Below are positions 24,392-32,000 of a DNA stretch of 32,000 nucleotides, one piece after another (the first letter of the stretch is position 1; each line of letters starts with the position of its first letter). The position numbers and the translations under genes are program-made. Source of the DNA: Sedimentisphaera cyanobacteriorum (GTDB lineage: Bacteria; Planctomycetota; Phycisphaerae; Sedimentisphaerales; Sedimentisphaeraceae); contig NZ_CP019633.1 of NCBI RefSeq assembly GCF_001997385.1, positions 2,250,001 to 2,282,000 on the forward strand, read 5' to 3'. Below the pieces are notes generated by a model. It searched no databases. It was given only the letters and a program-made list of their open reading frames with translations, and had not been told where the DNA came from.

Positions 24392-26023
24392 TTACTGAGC
24401 GGCTTCTTCGAGGCTAACCTGCATAATATCGGCAAGTTTATCGGCGATAGCAGTATTTTCGTAGTAGCCGTCGAATTTCCACTGTCCAGAACCTAAAGCC
24501 ATTACCGGTACCGGAACTGCGGTGTGGCTGTATGAAGTCCATGCCAGACCGGCATTGCGGTTCATAATGTGAGTTACTGCAACTCTGAGCGGGTCGTAGT
24601 AGCCGTAGAGCTTCCAGTTTTCGCTGCTGTCCGGAACAGCATTTCCGCCCATTGTCTCATCGTAAGCATCCTCGAGCTGAGCTCTGTCGAAATCTGATAC
24701 CGCGTCGTAGTCGAGGCCGAAGGCGTTTTCGATTTTGTCTTTGATATCCTGATTCATATCTACAGAGTTATCCCAAGGGTCCTGTCCGTAAACAGACTTG
24801 TGGTCTGCCAGCGGGCCTGCTACAAACGCATCGCAAGACATTGTCTGATTCTCGAATACTTCGTAGAAGGTGTCGTAGCCTGTTCCTGCAGCGCCGAGGG
24901 TCATACCGCCGCATTCGTGGTCGCCTGAAACAACGATGAGCGTCTCATCTGGGTGTTCGAGATAAAAATCGTAGGCCTCTGCTACTGCATTATCGAAAGC
25001 GATTGTATCTTCGATAGCGGTAACAGCGTCGTTGGCGTGGCATGCCCAGTCGATCTTCCCGCCTTCAACCATCAGGAAGAAGCCGTTTGAATTTTCAAGA
25101 AGCCTGATGCCTTCTGATGTGTAATCTGCGATAGAGGCATCTGCGGGGTCTCTGTCTATATCATACGGAAGTGCCCAAGACCCGTCGATGTAGTCTTTGC
25201 TGTAAGCGAATACCTTCTCGCCAGGCGCAGCAGCTTCAAGCTCAGCCTTATTCTCGCAAACTGTGTAGCCGTTGTCGATAGCGTGCTGAATTGGGCAGTT
25301 TGAAGGGGCTGCTGAAGGCTTCCCAGGTGCATAGTGACGGCTGCCGTTCTTTGTCCTCTCACCTTTCATTCCGCCGCCGCCGAAGTAGTCGAAGCCGGAA
25401 TCTGAGAGCTGATTGGCGATGTCCCAGTAGTTGCCGCGGTAGCCGTTGTGAGCATAGTAGCAGGCAGGTGTTGCATGGTCGATTGATACGCTTGAAACGA
25501 TACCAACCTTCATGCCCTTGTCCTTGGCTGCTTCAGCAATAGTAACGTAGTCGATTGTGCGTTCGGGGTCCATGCTGATTGTGTTGATGGTTGTCTTGTG
25601 TCCGCAGGAGAATGCTGTAGCAGAGGCGGCAGAACCGGTGATGAAGCGGTTGTCTGCGTAAGTTCTCTGCATACCCATCACAGGAAACTGGCTCATTGTT
25701 AGAAGCTCTGAACCAGCAGTTCCAAGGCTTGATGCACCCAGATCGTTGTCTGGATCGTCCGCCTGCAATTTCTGCTTGAGGTAAGCTTCTGTTGCGTGAA
25801 TCTGAGGGCTTGCCATACCATCACCGAGGAAAAAGAAAACATACTTCGGTCCTTCATCTTCACCAAGCCAGCTTGAAGCCATCTGCGAAAGGTCTTCGTT
25901 GTTTACAACGCCGTCCTTGTTCGCATCGGCCTGAACTTTGTAGGTCGAAGAAGGAGTGCTTGCAGCGAATACCGCTGCACTTGCTGCTGCGAGCAGCAAA
26001 AGAGATTTTTTGATAAGATTCAT
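24392..26023 (-). CDS. Secreted alkaline phosphatase (PhoA family) with an N-terminal dockerin-type repeat
   Basis: 543 aa. A signal peptide is followed by DANKDGVVNNEDLSQMASSWL. AP motifs present: LGDGM, ITGSAASATAF (Ser nucleophile), IDHATPA, EGGKIDWACHAND, SGDHECGG and YSHTA. A GGAG Shine-Dalgarno is upstream. Confidence 0.85.
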   Translation of the reverse strand: MNLIKKSLLLLAAASAAVFAASTPSSTYKVQADANKDGVVNNEDLSQMASSWLGEDEGPKYVFFFLGDGMASPQIHATEAYLKQKLQADDPDNDLGASSLGTAGSELLTMSQFPVMGMQRTYADNRFITGSAASATAFSCGHKTTINTISMDPERTIDYVTIAEAAKDKGMKVGIVSSVSIDHATPACYYAHNGYRGNYWDIANQLSDSGFDYFGGGGMKGERTKNGSRHYAPGKPSAAPSNCPIQHAIDNGYTVCENKAELEAAAPGEKVFAYSKDYIDGSWALPYDIDRDPADASIADYTSEGIRLLENSNGFFLMVEGGKIDWACHANDAVTAIEDTIAFDNAVAEAYDFYLEHPDETLIVVSGDHECGGMTLGAAGTGYDTFYEVFENQTMSCDAFVAGPLADHKSVYGQDPWDNSVDMNQDIKDKIENAFGLDYDAVSDFDRAQLEDAYDETMGGNAVPDSSENWKLYGYYDPLRVAVTHIMNRNAGLAWTSYSHTAVPVPVMALGSGQWKFDGYYENTAIADKLADIMQVSLEEAAQ

Positions 26024-26655
26024 TTAAGAAACTCCATAAATAAAAGTAAAGAAAAGTTAGACACGTACAAGCCTGCACCCTGCAGGCCTCAAAAGAGTAG
26101 AATAGATATATTTGTTTGTGGAGTTTTACTGTGAAATTTGGTTTTGGATAGTTGGAGGTTAGTCTATTTTTGGTTTTCATTCAGCAAAGAATTTGTTTTT
26201 GGTTAGCCTGCGAATATAGAGCTTCTAAGAGGCGTTAGGCGGGAGTGCAAATTATTTTACGGTTAGATGTGTGTGAATATTAGCCTAAATTATAAAAGCA
26301 GAAATGCTGATAAAAGGATAGAACAGTTTTATCTCGCCTCGATTTTTTATTCAATGATTCCCGCGGATCGCGCAATTTGTGTTTTACTTTACCACGAAAC
26401 GCACGAAACACACGAAGGGAATATTTTTTTGATTTAATCAAAGAAGTTTGGCAGGTAAAGAATGACACTGATTTATGCCGTATCGAAATTTAATTTTCCA
26501 CAGATGGCACGGATGGCACAGATGTTTTTATGAGTGTAAAAGCTTGCGATAAAACAATTTATATCAAAATCCTTCGCACCCTTCGAGCACTTCGCAGTTT
26601 TAAAAAGAATTATTCACAACGAAGGAGCCATCTTAGCGGAAATTAGTGAAGATTA

Positions 26656-26711
26656 GCGGCGAGTGGCAAGTGGCGAGTGGCAAGTGGCAAGTGGCGAGCG
26701 GCAAGTGGCAA
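26656..26711. repeat. Tandem heptamer tract (GTGGCAA-like) x8
   Basis: It reads gcggcga gtggcaa gtggcga gtggcaa gtggcaa gtggcga gcggcaa gtggcaa. The flanks are the same as the 6-unit tract at 7181..7222. Confidence 0.9.
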
Positions 26712-26720
26712 AATCATAAG

Positions 26721-27059
26721 CGAAAAATCTCTTCTAAAAGAATGCCTAGCGGGTCCGCCACGGCGAACTCCGCTGTAATATGAAGAGTCTATTCGTTGTG
26801 TCGGCTTAGCGGGCGGCTTGTGATGCGCCGCTGTAATATGAAAAATCATCCCGCAACGCAATAAGCCGGCGGCACACAGCGGTGGCACGCAAGTGCCCCG
26901 CCAAGATAGCGAAACGTGAAGAGCCGGCGGTAAACGAAAAATCTTTTCTAAAAGAATGCCTAGCGGGTCCGCCACGGCGAACTCCGCTGTAATATGAAGA
27001 GTCTATTCGTTGTGTCGGCTTAGCGGGCGGCTTGTGCCGCACCGCTGTAATATGAAAAA
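26721..27059. repeat. 125-bp direct repeat x2 (26721-26845 and 26935-27059, period 214 bp), each holding two hairpin units
   Basis: The copies are near-identical; differences seen are t/c at 26731 and atgcgc versus ccgcac in the second hairpin loop. Each copy has tagcggg-N-ccgctgtaatatgaa twice, with AGCGG/CCGCT stems. A single such unit sits in locus A at 7257-7290. Confidence 0.85.
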
Positions 27060-27285
27060 CTTTACCCTTATCATTGCCTTGAACTTTAAAAATTCTGTCT
27101 AAAAATATCCCCTTAGTGCTTCTTAGCGTTTCTCAGCGGCTGAAATATCTCAGCGCTGCTCGTGGTTTAAAGCAATTACAAAAATTCTTCGCGCCCCTCG
27201 CGGTTTAAAAAAATTACCCGCCGAAAAATCCTGTCAATTCTCACCCCGAGCTATGCATTGTTTGCGCTGCGGTGTTGGTGCTGTC

Positions 27286-27294
27286 TGCTATAAT
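27286..27294 (+). promoter_or_regulatory. Possible extended -10 promoter element (TGcTATAAT)
   Basis: tgctataat lies 132 nt upstream of the methyltransferase ATG. No convincing -35 is present. Promoter rules for this lineage are unknown to me. Confidence 0.3.
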
Positions 27295-27425
27295 ATTGAA
27301 TATTCGGTATGAAACGCAAATTCCCGCAGATTAGCAGAATAGTTATAAAACAAAACTCAATTCTGAAAGACGAGTCATTTTAACACTATATAATTGAAGC
27401 ATAATCAATTATTACGGAGATTAAA

Positions 27426-28460
27426 ATGAGTGTTGCAATACTAAAAAAGCAAAGCAAGATCATAGAAAGCACACTAAAAGCCTTTCAGGCCGGCAGACGC
27501 GTGAAGGCCCCGCTTGCGGGCTTCCCTGGCTGCGATTTAGCCGGCTACAGCATCAAGGTTGCCCAGCAGAATCCTGCCGCACATTACGAGTGCATAAGAG
27601 CGATTTACGAGAGGTTCAATCCAGACGTATCGTTTATGATGATGGATTTATCTGCAGAGGCTAATGCCCTCGGTATCCCTGTACGTTTCCCCAAAAATGA
27701 ATCTGCAACAGTTGAGGAGCATCCGATCTCCAGTGCAGAGGATCTTGAGGCGCTCCGCAAAATAGATATTACAGAGGATTCCCGCATAAGCGGCTATTTA
27801 AAGGCTGTGGAGCTGATTTCCTCCAAGCTCGAGAGCCTCTGCTGCGCATATATGGCAGGCCCGATCACCCTTGCAGGTTTGCTTTCCGGGGCTGAGAAGG
27901 TGGCGATGGATGCGGTTTTGGAGCCTGAGAAATTCAAGGCTCTTGCGGAATTTTCTGCGCAGGTACTTGAAGACTATGCTTCTGCTCTCTGCGATGCGGG
28001 CGCGGATGCTGTTTGCATATTGGAGCCTACGGGTGTAATTTTCGGGCCGAATGAATTTCAGGCCTACAGTGCTGAGTATGTAAAGCGCATAAATCAAGTG
28101 TGCAGGAAAAAGGGTGTGGAAACGATCTACCACATCTGCGGGAATTCAATGCATCTGATTGAAAGTATGAGCGGTGCGGGTGTATCGGCTCTCAGCCTTG
28201 ATTCTCCTGATACCGGCGTTGACTTGCACCTTGCTGCGGAGAAAGCTGGCGAGGATGTGGTGATTATAGGAGATATTAATCCTGTTGCGGTTATGAAGGA
28301 TTCATCAGCTCAAGAGGTTTATAATGCCACAACCCAGCTATTGTATAAGATGAAAGACGTACCGAATTTCATCCTCAGCACAGGCTGCGATCTCCCGCCT
28401 GGAACGCCCCCCGAGAATATAGAAGCATTTATGAAAGCTGAAAGAGATTTCAAAGGCTGA
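27426..28460 (+). CDS. URO-D superfamily methyltransferase, MtaA/CmuA-like (corrinoid-dependent MT2 type)
   Basis: 344 aa. It has the uroporphyrinogen-decarboxylase fold pattern with putative Zn ligands HxC (IYHICGN) and a distal Cys (LSTGCDLPPGTPPENI). A GGAG Shine-Dalgarno is upstream. Confidence 0.7.
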   Translation: MSVAILKKQSKIIESTLKAFQAGRRVKAPLAGFPGCDLAGYSIKVAQQNPAAHYECIRAIYERFNPDVSFMMMDLSAEANALGIPVRFPKNESATVEEHPISSAEDLEALRKIDITEDSRISGYLKAVELISSKLESLCCAYMAGPITLAGLLSGAEKVAMDAVLEPEKFKALAEFSAQVLEDYASALCDAGADAVCILEPTGVIFGPNEFQAYSAEYVKRINQVCRKKGVETIYHICGNSMHLIESMSGAGVSALSLDSPDTGVDLHLAAEKAGEDVVIIGDINPVAVMKDSSAQEVYNATTQLLYKMKDVPNFILSTGCDLPPGTPPENIEAFMKAERDFKG

Positions 28461-28505
28461 AAAAGTTTAACGAACGACTTTTGCTCTCCTTCGGGAGCAA
28501 AACGA

Positions 28506-28535
28506 AGAGCGGAGCGCGGTGTTCCGCTCTTTTTC
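28506..28535 (+). terminator. Rho-independent terminator
   Basis: agagcgga-gcgcggtgt-tccgctct forms an 8-bp stem followed by ttttt. A second hairpin precedes it (28481-28500, ttgctctc-cttc-gggagcaa). Confidence 0.7.
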
Positions 28536-28804
28536 ATTTCAGGCCAAATTTATTCCTTGTGGGATCTCATCTTAGAGTTTAATAAACGATCACGCTGATT
28601 TTGTTCCAAGCGCAGGAGGGTTATTGCTTTCTGTCTTGCCTGTGCGGGCCGAAGCTCAAAGGGAATAAAAGGGCGTTAGTTTTCTGTTTAGCATTCAAAA
28701 AACTTGACTTTTCGAGCTTGTTAGAGATACTCGAGAGATTAGCAAAATCGTTGAATTTTTGTTTTTATCTTACTTAAAACCCTAATTAAACAGGCAAAAG
28801 CAGT

Positions 28805-29365
28805 ATGAAAGCATCTGATATGAAAAAAGGTATGTCCATAACGATGGACGGCGAGCTTTATATAATCCTCGATTACCAGCACGTAAAGCTGGGCAAGGGG
28901 GGTGCTGTGTATCAGACCAAGCTTAAAAATCTCACCGACGGCGGCACGCGAGAGGTTCGTCTTCGTGCAGAGGAGGATATCGAACAGGCATATTTAGACA
29001 AGCGCAAGTACGAATATCTTTACTCCACAGGCACTGAGCACGTTCTAATGGATACAGAGACCTTCGAGCAGATCTCGCTCGATGACGATCAGTTCGGCGA
29101 CGGGACGAAATACCTCAAAGGCAACGAGGAGCTTCAGGTTTGCATGTATCAGAACAAGCCGGTTCTGATAGACCTTCCCAACACCGTTGACCTCGAGGTA
29201 ACCGAAACAGCCCCTTACATCAAAGGGGCCACTGCTACCAACCAGAACAAGCCGGCAAAGCTTGAAACCGGCATAAGCGTAATGGTTCCGCCATTTGTTA
29301 AAAACGGCGAGAAGATTCGAGTTGATACGCGCACTAACGAATATGTTACCAGAGTGAAGGAATAA
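28805..29365 (+). CDS. efp: Elongation factor P
   Basis: 186 aa. ASDMKKGMSITMDGELYIILDYQHVKLGKGGAVYQTKLKNL aligns with the EF-P N-terminus and the loop carrying the modified Lys. The C-terminal OB domains are present. Confidence 0.9.
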   Translation: MKASDMKKGMSITMDGELYIILDYQHVKLGKGGAVYQTKLKNLTDGGTREVRLRAEEDIEQAYLDKRKYEYLYSTGTEHVLMDTETFEQISLDDDQFGDGTKYLKGNEELQVCMYQNKPVLIDLPNTVDLEVTETAPYIKGATATNQNKPAKLETGISVMVPPFVKNGEKIRVDTRTNEYVTRVKE

Positions 29366-29458
29366 GCTGCTGAAACTGCAATGTTTTCGCAGAATACTGC
29401 TCGCGGCCTGCATTTGCCGGCCGTTACCGGCAGATAATATTATTACAGAAAGGCAGTA

Positions 29459-32000
29459 ATGTTTTCACGCTTTTCAAAAATGCTTGTAAATCTTTTCGGC
29501 TCGCGAAATGAACGAGTCGTTAAAAACTACATGAAAACTGCGCTGATGGCCGGAGAGTATGAACAGCAGATGGAGCAGCTTTCCGACGAGCAGTTTAAGG
29601 AAAAAACTCAGCAGTTCCGCGAGGCTATAGCGGGCGGGACAGACCCCGAAGAGCTTCTTCCGGAGGCGTTTGCTGTAGTTCGAGAGGCAGCCAAGCGCAA
29701 GATCAATATGCGTCATTACGATGTTCAGCTTGTAGGCGGTAACGTGCTTTTCGAGGGCAAGATTGCCGAGATGGCCACTGGTGAGGGTAAAACGCTCGTC
29801 GCCACGCTTGCGTGCTATCTGATGTGTCTTACCGGCAGGAAGGTGCATATAATTACGGTAAACGACTACCTTGCCAAGCGTGATGCTGAATGGATGAGGC
29901 CGGTTTATGAAACTCTCGGGCTCACTGTTGGCGCTATTCAGGCGGATATGGACCCTGGCGGTGCCCAGCGCAAGGAGCAGTATTCCAAAGACATAACCTA
30001 CGGAACAAACAACGAATTCGGCTTTGATTATCTTCGAGATAATATGAAGGTAAGCGCAGAGCAGCTCGTTCAGGGCAGGCTTGATTTCGCTCTGATTGAC
30101 GAGGTGGATTCGATCCTGATTGACGAGGCGAGAACTCCTCTGATTATCAGCGGGCCGGCGCATGATGATGTTACCAGATACAAGAAGGCCGATTCGGTGG
30201 TAAGGGAGCTTATGAGGCTTCAGGGCGGCTACAACAAGATTCAGGTTCAGATCGACAAGCTCGAGAAGGATATTGCAAACGCAAAGGGTATTTCCTCGGA
30301 TTCGGCTTCCTCTCAGGAGCAGAAGCAGAAGGCGGAAAAAGATATTCAGGCAGCAGAGCAGAAGAAGCTCGAGCTGGAATCGGAGCTTGAAAGACATACA
30401 CAGTATTACGAAGTTGAATACGACAAGAAATCCGTACACCTCACCCACGAGGGTATTGGTGCTGCGCAGGATATAGCGAATGTGGGCTCGTTCTATGTTG
30501 GCTCGAATATGGACTGGCCGCACCTTCTCGAACAGGGGCTCAGGGCGCATGTATGCTTTGAGCGTGAGAAGGATTATGTGGTAATGGACGGAAAGGTTGT
30601 GATCGTTGATGAGTTTACAGGCCGTCTTATGCACGGAAGGCAGTGGTCAGACGGTCTCCATCAGGCAGTTGAGGCGAAAGAGGGCGTTAAGATCAAGGAA
30701 GAGAGCCAGACACTGGCCACAATCACCCTGCAGAACTTCTTCAAGCTCTACGACAAGCTTGCCGGCATGACCGGTACTGCAATGACCGAGGCGCAGGAGT
30801 TTCTCGAGATATACGGGCTGGATGTTGTGTCAATACCCACAAACGAGCCCTGCATACGCGACGACAGGGACGATGTGATATACAAGACCATGCCCGAGAA
30901 ATTCAATGCGATTGTCGAGGAGATCAAACGCGAGAGCGAAAAGGGCAGGCCGGTTCTTGTTGGTACTGTGAGCATTGAGAAATCCGAGGCGATTTCCAAT
31001 GCATTGAAGCGTAAATACGGCGTTGAGCATGAAGTTCTCAACGCAAAGCAGCATGCGAGAGAGGCCTCTATTGTTGAAAAGGCCGGCCAGCAGCATAAAG
31101 GTCGCGACGGGAAGATGTGGGGCAATGTTACCATCGCCACGAATATGGCCGGACGAGGTACCGACATCAAGCTCGGCGAGGGCGTGGCCGATGCCGGAGG
31201 CCTGCATATTGTGGGCACTGAAAGGCACGAATCAAGACGAATCGACAATCAGCTCCGCGGACGTTCCGGAAGGCAGGGAGACAACGGCTCGAGCCAGTTC
31301 TTCCTTTCGTTTGATGATGAGCTGCTCTCTGTTTTCGCAGGCGACTGGACAATAAAAGCGCTCACCAAAACAGGCTGGGAAGAGGGCGAGCCGATATACC
31401 ACAAATGGATCACCAACGGTATTGAAAAGGCTCAGAAGAAGGTAGAGGAAAAGAACTACGAGATAAGAAAATCGCTTCTGGATTATGATGAAGTGATGGA
31501 TTATCAGAGACGGGAATTCTATACAAGAAGAAAGAATGTATTAAAGGGCATAGGACTTCGCAGGATCATCGAGGAGATGATGGAAAACGTTGTTGCCGAT
31601 GCCTGCAATACGATACTCGCTGAGGATTACCCGAAAAACTGCATCGTTGAATGGCTTCGCGTGAATCTGGGAGTGGATGTTGAGCCCGGGCAGATTAAGG
31701 CAAATTCCACGCCCGAAGAGATCGAAGAGCTGGCAAAAGAGAAGGCCAGAAAGAATATTGAGAACGATATCTCAATAACCATGGGCGAGTATATCGAAGA
31801 CTCTTCGGATAAATCCACTTGGAAGCTCGATAAGCTGAGCAAATGGCTTATGAGCACCTACAGCGCAAATGTTCCGCTCTCAAAGCTTCGCAAGATGGAA
31901 GCCGATGAGATCGAGCAGACAGCAGTGGAAGCGGCAGCGGGTCAGCTGGAAAAGAAAGACTGCAGCAAGCTTGCAGAATTCCTCAAAGAGGGTTTCGCTG
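29459..32000 (+). CDS. secA: Preprotein translocase ATPase SecA; the 3' end runs off the right edge
   Basis: I translated from ATG 29459: MFSRFSKMLVNLFGSRNERVVKNYMKTA...MRHYDVQLVGGNVLFEGKIAEMATGEGKTLVATLA... The frame is open to base 32000, so it is absent from the ORF track. The 386-aa minus-strand ORF 29474..30634 is its antisense shadow. Confidence 0.9.
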   Translation, partial: MFSRFSKMLVNLFGSRNERVVKNYMKTALMAGEYEQQMEQLSDEQFKEKTQQFREAIAGGTDPEELLPEAFAVVREAAKRKINMRHYDVQLVGGNVLFEGKIAEMATGEGKTLVATLACYLMCLTGRKVHIITVNDYLAKRDAEWMRPVYETLGLTVGAIQADMDPGGAQRKEQYSKDITYGTNNEFGFDYLRDNMKVSAEQLVQGRLDFALIDEVDSILIDEARTPLIISGPAHDDVTRYKKADSVVRELMRLQGGYNKIQVQIDKLEKDIANAKGISSDSASSQEQKQKAEKDIQAAEQKKLELESELERHTQYYEVEYDKKSVHLTHEGIGAAQDIANVGSFYVGSNMDWPHLLEQGLRAHVCFEREKDYVVMDGKVVIVDEFTGRLMHGRQWSDGLHQAVEAKEGVKIKEESQTLATITLQNFFKLYDKLAGMTGTAMTEAQEFLEIYGLDVVSIPTNEPCIRDDRDDVIYKTMPEKFNAIVEEIKRESEKGRPVLVGTVSIEKSEAISNALKRKYGVEHEVLNAKQHAREASIVEKAGQQHKGRDGKMWGNVTIATNMAGRGTDIKLGEGVADAGGLHIVGTERHESRRIDNQLRGRSGRQGDNGSSQFFLSFDDELLSVFAGDWTIKALTKTGWEEGEPIYHKWITNGIEKAQKKVEEKNYEIRKSLLDYDEVMDYQRREFYTRRKNVLKGIGLRRIIEEMMENVVADACNTILAEDYPKNCIVEWLRVNLGVDVEPGQIKANSTPEEIEELAKEKARKNIENDISITMGEYIEDSSDKSTWKLDKLSKWLMSTYSANVPLSKLRKMEADEIEQTAVEAAAGQLEKKDCSKLAEFLKEGFA

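Larger units (their letters stand above)
26388..27240. repeat. Modular intergenic repeat locus B (partner of 7057..7490)
   Basis: It carries blocks M1-M4 as listed for locus A. It also has extra TTCGCGCCC..GGTTTAAA-type motifs at 27150-27210 and an internal 125-bp duplication. The ORFs predicted here (26643..26975 and 26806..27042) are repeat artefacts. Confidence 0.85.

Noticed and set aside
26070-26086. Hairpin gcctgca-ccc-tgcaggc upstream of the phosphatase gene as a terminator or attenuator
   Set aside because: It has a 3-nt loop and no U-tract on either strand, and no upstream gene for it to terminate. I could not support a function.
26881-26897. TGGCACGCAAGTGCC inside repeat locus B as a sigma-54 promoter
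   Set aside because: The GG to GC spacing is 9 rather than 10, and the -12 TTGC is missing. The sequence forms a GGCAC/GTGCC hairpin and is better explained as repeat structure.
26643-27042. ORFs inside the repeat loci (26643..26975, 26806..27042, 7202..7435, 7225..7482) that share peptides such as ADPLGILLEKIFRL
   Set aside because: The shared peptides only reflect the shared DNA repeat. The frames cross heptamer tracts and hairpins, have no Shine-Dalgarno, and differ in extent between copies.
7057-27240. A 20-kb genomic island bounded by the two same-orientation repeat loci
   Set aside because: The interval contains core genes (pilT-like, yacL-like, spoVG, ispE) with ordinary composition. 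The repeat blocks are shuffled rather than forming clean terminal repeats. A dispersed intergenic repeat family is more likely.
29474-30634. 386-aa minus-strand ORF, the longest unassigned ORF in the track
   Set aside because: It lies entirely antisense to the clearly recognisable secA reading frame. Its sequence is low-complexity and Leu/Arg-rich with no motifs. It is a shadow ORF.
1-32000. tRNA, rRNA, tmRNA or riboswitch candidates in the intergenic regions
   Set aside because: I read the larger intergenic stretches (around 6.85-7.54, 9.85-10.22, 13.02-13.23, 14.31-14.46, 23.70-23.88, 26.02-27.43 and 28.46-28.80 kb). I saw no cloverleaf-compatible or recognisable conserved RNA motif. This was done by eye only, so a covariance-model scan could still find something.

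Overview
The window is gene-dense, about 50% G+C by eye, and mostly minus-strand coding. It looks like an anaerobic, polysaccharide-degrading bacterium. My guess is the PVC superphylum, Phycisphaerae-like, based only on dockerin-tagged secreted hydrolases and the style of intergenic repeats. Housekeeping genes: lpxD (open at the left edge), a two-subunit 2-oxoacid:ferredoxin oxidoreductase, a PilT-family ATPase, a YacL-like PIN/TRAM membrane protein, spoVG, ispE, efp and secA (open at the right edge). Accessory genes: a 970-aa GH59-like multidomain protein, a GH43-like beta-propeller, a dockerin-tagged alkaline phosphatase, a pentapeptide-repeat/K+ channel fusion, an MtaA/URO-D-type methyltransferase, a HAD hydrolase and an MBL hydrolase. 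The most interesting block is 16834-22930. It is a tightly overlapping 8-gene operon with three NifX-like proteins, two MinD-type ATPases carrying double 4Fe-4S motifs, DUF89, DUF5320 and a degenerate IscU-like protein. A Cys-rich PAS sigma-54 activator sits just upstream, and there is a candidate -24/-12 promoter and TGCAAC repeat sites. No nitrogenase genes are present. Decay and mobility signs: an IS30-family element abuts an AT-rich, truncated OLD-family ATPase gene; a GH78 C-terminal remnant; a 54-bp relic of the korB-like 3' end just downstream of the GH59-like gene; and two modular repeat loci (about 7.06-7.49 kb and 26.39-27.24 kb) that share blocks, including a (GTGGCAA)n tract of 6 versus 8 units. 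No rRNA, tRNA or CRISPR was recognised. All homology calls come from reading the translations, not from searches.
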